From assembly GCA_041746255.1 (NCBI GenBank), contig JBGTHM010000016.1, positions 1 through 36,960 of the forward strand: a DNA stretch of 36,960 nt, given 5' to 3'. Both the position numbers and the translations under genes were made by a program. Under the pieces are notes generated by a model. The model was not told where the DNA came from. It did no database searches and worked only from the letters and a program-made list of their open reading frames with translations. This document shows positions 27,408 through 36,960 of the stretch, in pieces; position 1 is the first letter of the stretch; every line of letters begins with the position of its first letter. The DNA comes from Fibrobacteria bacterium. Its GTDB lineage: Bacteria; Fibrobacterota; Fibrobacteria; UBA11236.

Positions 27408-29864
27408 ATGGGCAAATTATCCTTGGGAAGATGGGCGGGATTTCTGATTCCGACCCTGGCGGTTCTGGTTTTAATCCTGGTTTTTTCACGACCGCTGGGA
27501 CGCTTGCCCGCGCCGGGAGAACTCTTGAATCCGTTCTCGGGAATCTGGCGGAATGCTCCGCCCGTCAAAGAGCGCAGCGAGTTTTTTTTCTTTTCCGGGC
27601 TGAGCGATACGGTCCGGGTGGTCTACGACACGCGCGCGGTACCCCATATATTCGCCCGGAACGACGCCGACCTTTTTTTCGCGCAAGGATTCGTGACGGC
27701 TCGCGATCGTCTCTGGCAAATGGAATTCCAGGCCCTGGCCGCCGCGGGAAGGTTGTCGGAAGTCGTAGGCCCGTCCGCTTTGGACCATGACGTGGGAAAA
27801 AGGCGGCAAGGCATGCCCCAGGCGGCTAGTGGGGCGCTGGAGGTGATGCGGCGTGATCCGGAAACCATGACGGTTCTCAATTCCTTTTCCGCGGGGGTGA
27901 ACGCTTATATCGCTTCCCTCACTCCCAGCACCCGCCCTTTGGAATACAAGTTGCTGGACTATCGCCCCGAGGATTGGAGCCCGCTCAAAACCGTGCTTTT
28001 GATTAAGCATATGCAATGGACCCTTTCGACTGACGTCGACGAAGTTCGGCGGACCAATACCCTGGCCAAATTCGGTCCCGGTTTCATGGAGAAGTATTTT
28101 CCGCGTTACCCCTCCCCTTTTGCTCCGGTCGTTCCCGCGGCGGACTCCATCGTTGAGCCCCTGCAGGTTAACTCCCCCACCAAGCCCTTCCGACCCGGCC
28201 TGGTCGGGCCCATTGCCGGTTCCTGGCCCGTCGAGGGGAACGGGAGCAATGCTTTCGCCGTAGCCGGAGCGAAAACCCGCACCGGCCGGCCTTTTTTGGC
28301 GAACGATCCCCATCTCACTCTCGCACTGCCTTCGCTATGGTACGAGGTTCAGCTCGTCAGTCCCACATTGAACGTCTACGGCGTTTCGCTGGCCGGTGCT
28401 CCGGCCGTGCTCATCGGCTTCAACCGTTCGCTGGCCTGGGGTTTGACCAATGGGCAAAGCGATGTGTTCGACTGGTATCAAATACGTTTCAAGGATTCGA
28501 CGCTGTCGGAATATTTTCACGGAGGGGAGTGGAAACCGACCACGGCGGTTGTTGAATCCGTGTTCGTGCGCCGCGGCAAGCCCACGGCGGACACCGTGGT
28601 ATTCACCCATCATGGGCCCATCGTCCAGAAAAGCAGCGAGAGGCCCCGCTACGGACCCGCGCCCGACCATGCCATGCGCTGGCTCGGCCATGACCCCTCC
28701 GACGAGATGAAAGCGATATTGACGCTCAACCGGGCGCGGGATTGGGGCGAGGCACTGGAGGCGTTGGAACTGTTTCAATGTCCGGCACAAAATTTTCTGG
28801 TCATCGACTCTGCCGGTAATATCGGCGTGAGGCATCAGGGGAATTTCCCCTTGCGATGGAACGGCCAGGGCCGGTATATCAGCGACGGCAGCGATACCTT
28901 ATACGAATGGCAGGCTTGGATCCCTCCGCATCATCTTCCCACGGCACTCAATCCCGCGGCCGGGTTTCTGGTTAGCGCCAATCAGAACCCCGTCGATTCG
29001 GCCTACCCGTATTACCTGGGTTGGGGTTTTGACGAGGCCGAGCGCGCGACGCGTCTGGGGGAAAAGTTGGCCGACACCTCGATAACCTGGGGGTGGGACG
29101 AAATGGCCGGTTTATTGCAGGATGATTACAGTTTACACGCTTCGCACTTGCTTCCGGAAATGCTCCGGCGGTTGGATACGCTGGGTTTGTCCGAAAACGA
29201 TCGACTGATGAGCCGGGAATTGGCGGCCTGGGATTTCCGTTACCGGGCGGAAAGTGTGGCGGCCAGTTTGTTCGACCAATGGTGGAGACGAATGTTTCGG
29301 GCCATTTGGGCCGATGAATACGGTTCCGATTCTTCGCGCTACCAATACCCCACCCGTTCCCGTACCCGCAAAATGATTTTTGAGGATCCCCACGCTTCCT
29401 GGTTCGACGATATCCATACTCCGGAAACGGAGTCGCTCGACGATCTCATCCGAAAGACTTTCATCGAAACCGGGCGGGATATGTTCAGGCGCTTCGGCCG
29501 TATGGGAGAAGCTTGGAATTGGGGTGCTTACCGCCCCGTCGAAATCCGGCATTTGGCCCGCATACCCGGGCTGGGGAGCGGAAAGTTACCAGCGGATGGT
29601 TGTGCGGAATGCGTGAATAAAATGCAAACCCATCACGGGCCCACTTGGCGCATGGTGGTTACTCTGGGTGACAAACCTCGAGCTTTGGGAATTTATCCAG
29701 GGGGTCAATCGGGACACCCCGGTTCCCCGCATTATTTGGATTTTCTACAGACCTGGAAACAAGGTGAGATGCACGAGCTGTTGTTTTGGTCGGGCCCGGA
29801 AGAAATCGATTTCGACAAAATTCGCTACTCGTTGGAAATGAGCCGTAAGGTGGAAAAGGAATAG
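27408..29864 (+). CDS. Penicillin acylase family Ntn-hydrolase (S45), N-terminally anchored
   Basis: VPHIFA, ARDRLWQM, beta-subunit start GSNAF (Ser codon at 28245), ANDPHL, SANQ and PGGQSG. Confidence 0.93.
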   Translation: MGKLSLGRWAGFLIPTLAVLVLILVFSRPLGRLPAPGELLNPFSGIWRNAPPVKERSEFFFFSGLSDTVRVVYDTRAVPHIFARNDADLFFAQGFVTARDRLWQMEFQALAAAGRLSEVVGPSALDHDVGKRRQGMPQAASGALEVMRRDPETMTVLNSFSAGVNAYIASLTPSTRPLEYKLLDYRPEDWSPLKTVLLIKHMQWTLSTDVDEVRRTNTLAKFGPGFMEKYFPRYPSPFAPVVPAADSIVEPLQVNSPTKPFRPGLVGPIAGSWPVEGNGSNAFAVAGAKTRTGRPFLANDPHLTLALPSLWYEVQLVSPTLNVYGVSLAGAPAVLIGFNRSLAWGLTNGQSDVFDWYQIRFKDSTLSEYFHGGEWKPTTAVVESVFVRRGKPTADTVVFTHHGPIVQKSSERPRYGPAPDHAMRWLGHDPSDEMKAILTLNRARDWGEALEALELFQCPAQNFLVIDSAGNIGVRHQGNFPLRWNGQGRYISDGSDTLYEWQAWIPPHHLPTALNPAAGFLVSANQNPVDSAYPYYLGWGFDEAERATRLGEKLADTSITWGWDEMAGLLQDDYSLHASHLLPEMLRRLDTLGLSENDRLMSRELAAWDFRYRAESVAASLFDQWWRRMFRAIWADEYGSDSSRYQYPTRSRTRKMIFEDPHASWFDDIHTPETESLDDLIRKTFIETGRDMFRRFGRMGEAWNWGAYRPVEIRHLARIPGLGSGKLPADGCAECVNKMQTHHGPTWRMVVTLGDKPRALGIYPGGQSGHPGSPHYLDFLQTWKQGEMHELLFWSGPEEIDFDKIRYSLEMSRKVEKE

Positions 29865-29880
29865 TGATGAGGACGAAAAG

Positions 29881-30249
29881 ATGCTAGCCGCCCTATTGAT
29901 TTTGTCGATAGGCTTCGGATTACAATGGTTCGCCCCATGGTGGATAGGCGTTCTACCGGCTTTTATCATCGGCTTTGCCATGAGCCGAGGACCGATCAAA
30001 GCCTTTACGGCAGGATTTTTGGGGTTGGGGGTGGCGTGGCTGGCCACTGCGGCCTATTTCGATTGGCTGAATCAAGGAGTATTATCCGTCCGGCTCTCCG
30101 GAATGCTGGAATTGCCGCACCCGTCTTTACTCCTGGCCGTGACGGGATTTTTGGGAGCATTGCTGGGTGCGTTGGGTTGCTGGGCGGGATATGGACTTAA
30201 GGAATCGCTGCTGGATGCGAGAAAATTACGCGAAGAAGGCTGGGGCTAA
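29881..30249 (+). CDS. Small integral membrane protein
   Basis: Three to four hydrophobic helices. GAGGA RBS. Starts 17 nt after the acylase stop. Confidence 0.7.
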   Translation: MLAALLILSIGFGLQWFAPWWIGVLPAFIIGFAMSRGPIKAFTAGFLGLGVAWLATAAYFDWLNQGVLSVRLSGMLELPHPSLLLAVTGFLGALLGALGCWAGYGLKESLLDARKLREEGWG

Positions 30250-30311
30250 GGGAAAAGTGGCGGGCCGGCGATTTAGAAATTATTATTCAATTGCGCGACC
30301 CGGAGTTCTAC

Positions 30312-31190
30312 ATGACAAAGTTTTTCAAGACCGCCTTAATGCTGGCGTTGGCTGCTCAAGCTGTCATCGCCATGGAAACCCCGCATACCCCCTTTAAAGA
30401 CGGTTATGCCAACCCCGTGCTCTTTTACGGACAAACCCAAACCCTGAAGGTGCGGGGGACGGAGACTTTGGCCTGGATAAATTACGCTTTGGCCGGCGGT
30501 GTATTAAGCGGATTGCAAGGCGCGCGTCTATTAGTCTATGCCGCCGCGGTTCATCAAACCGGTGTTCTGCAAGTCAAGTTGGCGAAGCAGTTGAGCCATC
30601 CTGAAGACGCAACCCCCTTCTCGGTTTTACAACCCGCGTCAGACTCCTCGGTAGGGATGGCTACCGTGCGTACCGAAGATGCCGGTGAGATGGTGAATAT
30701 TCCTCTCGACACGGCATTTTTGGCGGCTCTGCGAGAGGGTCGATTCGATGGATTCATTTTTTATGGTACCCAGGGTCTCGATTTGGAATTGGGGGCCTTG
30801 GAAAGTTCCCGGGGCGCTGTGCTCTTCCTGGACTATGGGCACGAGGGAATCACAAAGAACACCATTCCTCCGATTTCTTTGCATGCTCCCTCCTCACAAC
30901 CGCGCGTTATTCATCGCGATATCGGCATGTGGAATATGGAACAGTCGGAATTACTCACTATGGATTCTGGTGTGAACCCGGAAAAAATACGGAGTGTTAC
31001 GGTTTTAATTCGCCGAGATGTCGGTGAGTCCGAAGATGCAGTCGTGATTCCGCTCGAATCGGCGGGCATGACGCGCATCATCGGAGGCCGTATCGAATTG
31101 AGCCGCAAGAGTGGCGGTTTGTTCGAGCATGGAGGTTTTTCTGCGGAAAACGTAAATCGAGGGTGGATTCGTATCGAATACGTCGATTAA
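30312..31190 (+). CDS. Secreted two-domain hypothetical protein
   Basis: Signal peptide MTKFFKTALMLALAAQAVIA. GGAG RBS before the ATG at 30312. Confidence 0.7.
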   Translation: MTKFFKTALMLALAAQAVIAMETPHTPFKDGYANPVLFYGQTQTLKVRGTETLAWINYALAGGVLSGLQGARLLVYAAAVHQTGVLQVKLAKQLSHPEDATPFSVLQPASDSSVGMATVRTEDAGEMVNIPLDTAFLAALREGRFDGFIFYGTQGLDLELGALESSRGAVLFLDYGHEGITKNTIPPISLHAPSSQPRVIHRDIGMWNMEQSELLTMDSGVNPEKIRSVTVLIRRDVGESEDAVVIPLESAGMTRIIGGRIELSRKSGGLFEHGGFSAENVNRGWIRIEYVD

Positions 31191-31239
31191 CGCAAGAATC
31201 ACTTGCCTCTGGAAGGCAATATTGCTACTCCTTTTTACC

Positions 31240-31647
31240 ATGCAAAAACAGAAGTTCCTACCGATAAGATTGGCAGGCGTCGTCGGCGTCTGCATATGGG
31301 CCGTGGGCTGTGCATCGAATGTCGGCGGTTTGGCCAAACAACGGCATAGTCATGCCGCGACTCTCAAAGAAGAATCGCGTTCCGCGAATCTGACCGGCGT
31401 GCAAAAGACGCTTGCCGATTCGTTGGTTGATCGCTCAGCGCACGAAATCAAGGACGGAAAGAACGACGAAGGTCTCCGTCACGCCGACTTGGCGGTAGCC
31501 CTCTACTATCAGGCTTATTATCAGCGGGAAGTTGAAAGCCTGGATAAAAGGGTTGACTTCCTACAAGGTCAGGTCAAAAAGGATACGGATCAGCTGAATA
31601 CCTATAAAGAAATACTCAAGGAGATGAAGGGGATTAGCAAGCCATGA
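31240..31647 (+). CDS. Helical lipoprotein (DUF4398-like)
   Basis: Lipobox AVGC, coiled-coil C-terminus and ATGA overlap with the OmpA-domain gene. Confidence 0.6.
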   Translation: MQKQKFLPIRLAGVVGVCIWAVGCASNVGGLAKQRHSHAATLKEESRSANLTGVQKTLADSLVDRSAHEIKDGKNDEGLRHADLAVALYYQAYYQREVESLDKRVDFLQGQVKKDTDQLNTYKEILKEMKGISKP

Positions 31648-32582
31648 AATATTTAACCCTTCTTTTGATTCCCTTGTCATTGGCTTTCGGGGCCCCGCAT
31701 GTACCGGCGGAAAACCTGGGAAAGCTAAGCTCCATCGATACCCCATCCGAGTCGGCAGCCGCCGCGACAAGCAGTGAAAATTCCACGCCACCCGGATTGG
31801 ACGCTTGGGAAGCTGAGCTGAACGCCGCATTTGCAAAAGTCCGCAATCAGGGAGCAGTGCCCGAATTCTACGGGGAAGCCAAATCCCGCATTGAAACGGC
31901 TCGCCGGATGACTAATGAAAAGCCCAAGGCGAAAGAAACCCTCCTCGCGGTGGAAGCCGCTTCGATTTGGACGCGGGCCGCAGTTTTGCAAATGCAGGCG
32001 CGGGAGAGGTCGGTAGAGTTGGCCAAGTTGGAAACGCTGCGCATGGATATTACCAACCAGTTGAACACGGTCTATTCTCAAATCATCCAAATGGAAAAGG
32101 GAAATGCAGCCCGGCTACAAACCGCGTTGGAAGCGGAGCAGCGCAAGGCACGGGAGCGCCAAGAAGAGGCCGCGCGCCGCTTCGACGAACTGCAAAGCGC
32201 GCTCATTCAAGTAAAGACGGATGCGCGTGGAACCATCATTTCGATGTCCGATATTCTATTCGACGTGGACAAAGCGACTTTGACTTCCGACCTTAAAACC
32301 AGTTTGGCCAAAATCGCCGGAATTCTGACGATTTACAAAGACGCCGACGTTCTGGTCGAAGGACATACCGACAATACCGGATCGGCGGCACATAACCAAA
32401 CGCTTTCGGAGCGTCGTGCGGAAAACGTGATGAACTTTATGGTGGAACAGGGTATCACGCAAGCCCGCCTCAAGTCCGTAGGACTGGGTCTCAGCAAACC
32501 CATCGCCGACAACACCACCAAAGAAGGTCGCGCCAAGAACCGGCGAGTGGATCTGGTGGTTATGGAAAAGAAGTTGCAATAG
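31644..32582 (+). CDS. OmpA family peptidoglycan-binding protein with a coiled-coil N-terminal region
   Basis: ILFDVDKATL, VEGHTDNTG..NQTLSERRA and GRAKNRRV. Signal peptide present. Confidence 0.92.
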   Translation: MKYLTLLLIPLSLAFGAPHVPAENLGKLSSIDTPSESAAAATSSENSTPPGLDAWEAELNAAFAKVRNQGAVPEFYGEAKSRIETARRMTNEKPKAKETLLAVEAASIWTRAAVLQMQARERSVELAKLETLRMDITNQLNTVYSQIIQMEKGNAARLQTALEAEQRKARERQEEAARRFDELQSALIQVKTDARGTIISMSDILFDVDKATLTSDLKTSLAKIAGILTIYKDADVLVEGHTDNTGSAAHNQTLSERRAENVMNFMVEQGITQARLKSVGLGLSKPIADNTTKEGRAKNRRVDLVVMEKKLQ

Positions 32583-32602
32583 TCCCGGAGACTATTGCAA
32601 CT
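32572..32602. terminator. Perfect 13-bp inverted repeat between convergent genes, possible terminator
   Basis: AGTTGCAATAGTC-CCGGA-GACTATTGCAACT. No clear U-tract on either strand. Confidence 0.5.
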
Positions 32603-32609
32603 CATCGGA

Positions 32610-34064
32610 CTATCGCAACTCGGCCTCTACCAGCGCTCGATACTCGTGATGCGCTTTACCGTATTGTGTCAGCATTCGTTCGATAACCGAAGCTGACGCA
32701 TGACGTAGGTTCCCGGCAATATTGGCGGCTAACCTTTTTCTTTCCTCCCCACCCATAATCTTAAACAAGGCTCCGGCCTGAGTATAGTAGTCATCTCCAC
32801 TTTGATCATGCGCCTTGATCCATGCCTTCTCCAGTACGGGCATGGGAGGCGCCGCGATTTCGGGACTGGGAGCCGGTGCGCCTTCCGCGGCTCGGTCGTT
32901 GGGGTAGAAATTGACGCCCGCATGTTGAATCGGGTCGGCTCCATGGGCCGGGCACATTCCCGCCATGGCCCCATCCCTTTGGTAATGGTTGACCGGACAG
33001 CGAGGCGCGTTGACGGGAATTTGATTGTGATTGACTCCTATGCGGTATCGGTGCGCGTCTTGGTAAGCCAGTAAGCGCGCTTGCAGCATTTTATCCGGCG
33101 AAGCTCCGATTCCGGGTACCAGATTACTCGGCGCAAATGCGGCCTGTTCGGTTTCCGCGAAATAATTCTCCACATTCCGGTTTAATTCCAGCTTGCCGAT
33201 TTCGATGAGCGGATAATCGGCATGAGGCCAAACCTTGGTCAAGTCAAAGGGATTGATCGAGTAATCAAGCGCATCCGCTTCGGGCATGATCTGTAACTTG
33301 ACCGTCCAGGTCGGAAATTCCTTGCGATCGATGGCTGTTACAAGGTCGGCCTGCGCTCCGTTGGCGGGCATTTTCACGGCCTCTTCCCCGGTCAAATTCC
33401 GGATTCCCTGGTCCGACTTCAAATGCCATTTTATCCAGAAGCGTTCGCCCTTGGAGTTCCAAAACGAAAGCGTATGCGAACTGAAACCGTGCATATGCCG
33501 ATAGGAGAGAGGGATGCCCCGGTCCGAAAATAAAATGGTGGACTGGTGCAGCGATTGGGGGTGGTTGGCCCAGAACTCGAACATCGCAGCCGGATCAGGA
33601 AGGTTGGTGCCGGGATTCTTTTTCTGGGAGTGAATGAAATCCGGGAACTTGATGGGGTCGTTCAAGAAGAAGACGGGCGTATTGTTGCCCACCAGGTCGA
33701 AATTTCCCTGGCGGGTATAGAACTTGACGGCGAAACCGCGCGGGTCGCGGGCATAGTCGCTGGAGTCTTGCCCGCCTCCCACGGTGGAAAATCGCACGAA
33801 TACTTCAGTTTGGCCGCCCGCTTTTTGCAGGAAGTCCGCGATGGTAAAGTCGGACAAGTTTTTGGTTAGCTGGAAGGTTCCATAGGCACCGGTGCCCCGG
33901 GCATGCACTACGCGCTCCGGTATGCGCTCCCGATTGAAATGCGCCAGCTTTTCGAATAAATGATGGTTGTCATAAGTCAGGGGTCCCCGTTCGCCCACAC
34001 TGATGCTGTTATTATCATCCGCAACCGGCGCTCCGGCAGAGGTGGTCAATTTTTTCAGGTTCAT
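32610..34064 (-). CDS. katA: Monofunctional heme catalase (small subunit)
   Basis: FNRERIPERVVHARG, VRFSTV, GNNTPVFF and RLLAYQDAHRYR. ATG at 34064 follows GAGGA. Confidence 0.93.
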   Translation of the reverse strand: MNLKKLTTSAGAPVADDNNSISVGERGPLTYDNHHLFEKLAHFNRERIPERVVHARGTGAYGTFQLTKNLSDFTIADFLQKAGGQTEVFVRFSTVGGGQDSSDYARDPRGFAVKFYTRQGNFDLVGNNTPVFFLNDPIKFPDFIHSQKKNPGTNLPDPAAMFEFWANHPQSLHQSTILFSDRGIPLSYRHMHGFSSHTLSFWNSKGERFWIKWHLKSDQGIRNLTGEEAVKMPANGAQADLVTAIDRKEFPTWTVKLQIMPEADALDYSINPFDLTKVWPHADYPLIEIGKLELNRNVENYFAETEQAAFAPSNLVPGIGASPDKMLQARLLAYQDAHRYRIGVNHNQIPVNAPRCPVNHYQRDGAMAGMCPAHGADPIQHAGVNFYPNDRAAEGAPAPSPEIAAPPMPVLEKAWIKAHDQSGDDYYTQAGALFKIMGGEERKRLAANIAGNLRHASASVIERMLTQYGKAHHEYRALVEAELR

Positions 34065-34132
34065 ACAGGCTTCCTCGGGGTAAAACAAGAAGCATACACA
34101 ATCGACCCTTTTTGGTCTAAAAGAAGCTGCCG

Positions 34133-34903
34133 CTATTTTACGCTCTGGTTTCCGCAGACGTTCGCTCTCACGTAACTCCGGTTCATCCTGGCGATATGCT
34201 CCACGGAAATCTCCTTGGGACAGGCCGCTTCGCATTCGTAATGGTTGGAGCAATTGCCGAAACCCACCTCGTCCATCTTATTCACCATATTGACGGCGCG
34301 CCTATCCTTTTCGGGATGGCCCTGAGGCAATAACGAAAACTGCGAAACCTTGGCGCCTACGAACAGCATGGCCGAAGCATTGGGGCAGGCGGCGACGCAG
34401 GCTCCGCAACCGATGCAAGCGGCCGCGTCCATGGCCTTGTCGACATCGGGCTTGGGAATCCGGGTGGCATTGGCGTCCGGGGCTCCACCGGTATTGACGG
34501 AAACGAAGCCGCCGGCGGAAATCACTTTATCCAATCCGCTTCGGTCGACGGAGAGGTCGCGAAGCACGGGAAAGGCGCGGGCGCGCCAGGGTTCGACGAC
34601 GATGGTTTCGCCGTCTTTGAAACTGCGCATGAAAAGCTGGCAAACCGTGGTTCCCGTGATAGGCCCATGAGCGACGCCGCTGACCATGAAGCCGCAACTT
34701 CCGCAAATGCCTTCGCGGCAATCGTGTTCGAACACGATAGGCTCTTCGTTTTTGCGCACGAGATCGTAATTCACCTCGTCCAACATTTCCAGAAAGGACA
34801 TGTCTTCGAGTACGTCCTTAGCCTGGTATTCCACGAATTTACCTTTGGTCTTGGCGTCTTGCTGGCGCCAGACTTTCAGCGTGAATCGCATCTTTTTATG
34901 CAT
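34133..34903 (-). CDS. sdhB: Succinate dehydrogenase/fumarate reductase iron-sulfur subunit
   Basis: [21 protein letters not shown] and [12 protein letters not shown]. Confidence 0.95.
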   Translation of the reverse strand: MHKKMRFTLKVWRQQDAKTKGKFVEYQAKDVLEDMSFLEMLDEVNYDLVRKNEEPIVFEHDCREGICGSCGFMVSGVAHGPITGTTVCQLFMRSFKDGETIVVEPWRARAFPVLRDLSVDRSGLDKVISAGGFVSVNTGGAPDANATRIPKPDVDKAMDAAACIGCGACVAACPNASAMLFVGAKVSQFSLLPQGHPEKDRRAVNMVNKMDEVGFGNCSNHYECEAACPKEISVEHIARMNRSYVRANVCGNQSVK

Positions 34904-34925
34904 GGCCCGATTCCTTGATTAAGAC

Positions 34926-36839
<1,914 letters not shown>

Positions 36840-36840
36840 G

Positions 36841-36960
36841 TTAACCCACCCCTCCTTGCAAGTAGCCCCATATGATCAGAAAGATGAAACCGCCGACGAT
36901 CACGATGGCGTAAGCGCGCGAAAGGCCCTGTACCAGCGGCCAGTATTTGGGGTGGTTCAA
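36841..36960 (-). CDS. sdhC: Succinate dehydrogenase cytochrome b subunit, 3' end only (not in the ORF track)
   Basis: Hand translation gives [39 protein letters not shown]. This has a TM helix and the NHPKY motif, and stops 1 nt before sdhA. Confidence 0.8.
   Translation of the reverse strand: MNHPKYWPLVQGLSRAYAIVIVGGFIFLIIWGYLQGGVG

Noticed and set aside
34065..34253. Catalase frame stays open into the sdhB 3' end, suggesting a possible frameshift fusion
   Set aside because: SdhB is complete with its own stop, catalase has an RBS and ATG at 34064, and no convincing slippery site is visible.

Overview
A gene-dense, moderately GC-rich bacterial chromosome segment with about 33 CDS. I found no rRNA, tRNA, CRISPR array or mobile element. 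A TIGR02147-family gene and a secreted protein with a 'TVDGR...GVY' tail suggest a Fibrobacterota-like host (inference). Housekeeping content: sucA-sucB-lpdA, a divergent aconitase, sdhC(partial)-sdhA-sdhB followed by a catalase, RecD2, prolyl oligopeptidase, OsmC, an ArfB-like release factor, a penicillin-acylase-family Ntn hydrolase and an OmpA-domain pair. Best leads: (i) a tight three-gene unit of degenerate ECF-sigma-like gene + TIGR02147/DUF4423 gene + lipoprotein with a 'GTEVGNP' motif (15842-18019). (ii) A coupled four-gene catabolic operon (1290-5432) joining a tartrate-dehydrogenase-like enzyme whose catalytic Tyr is replaced by Phe, a cyclase-family metallohydrolase, a DUF1537 acid-sugar kinase and an apiose-dehydrogenase-like Gfo/Idh/MocA enzyme. 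(iii) A secreted two-domain protein with a phage-tail-like C-terminus (30312-31190). All family calls come from motif recognition by eye, not from database searches.
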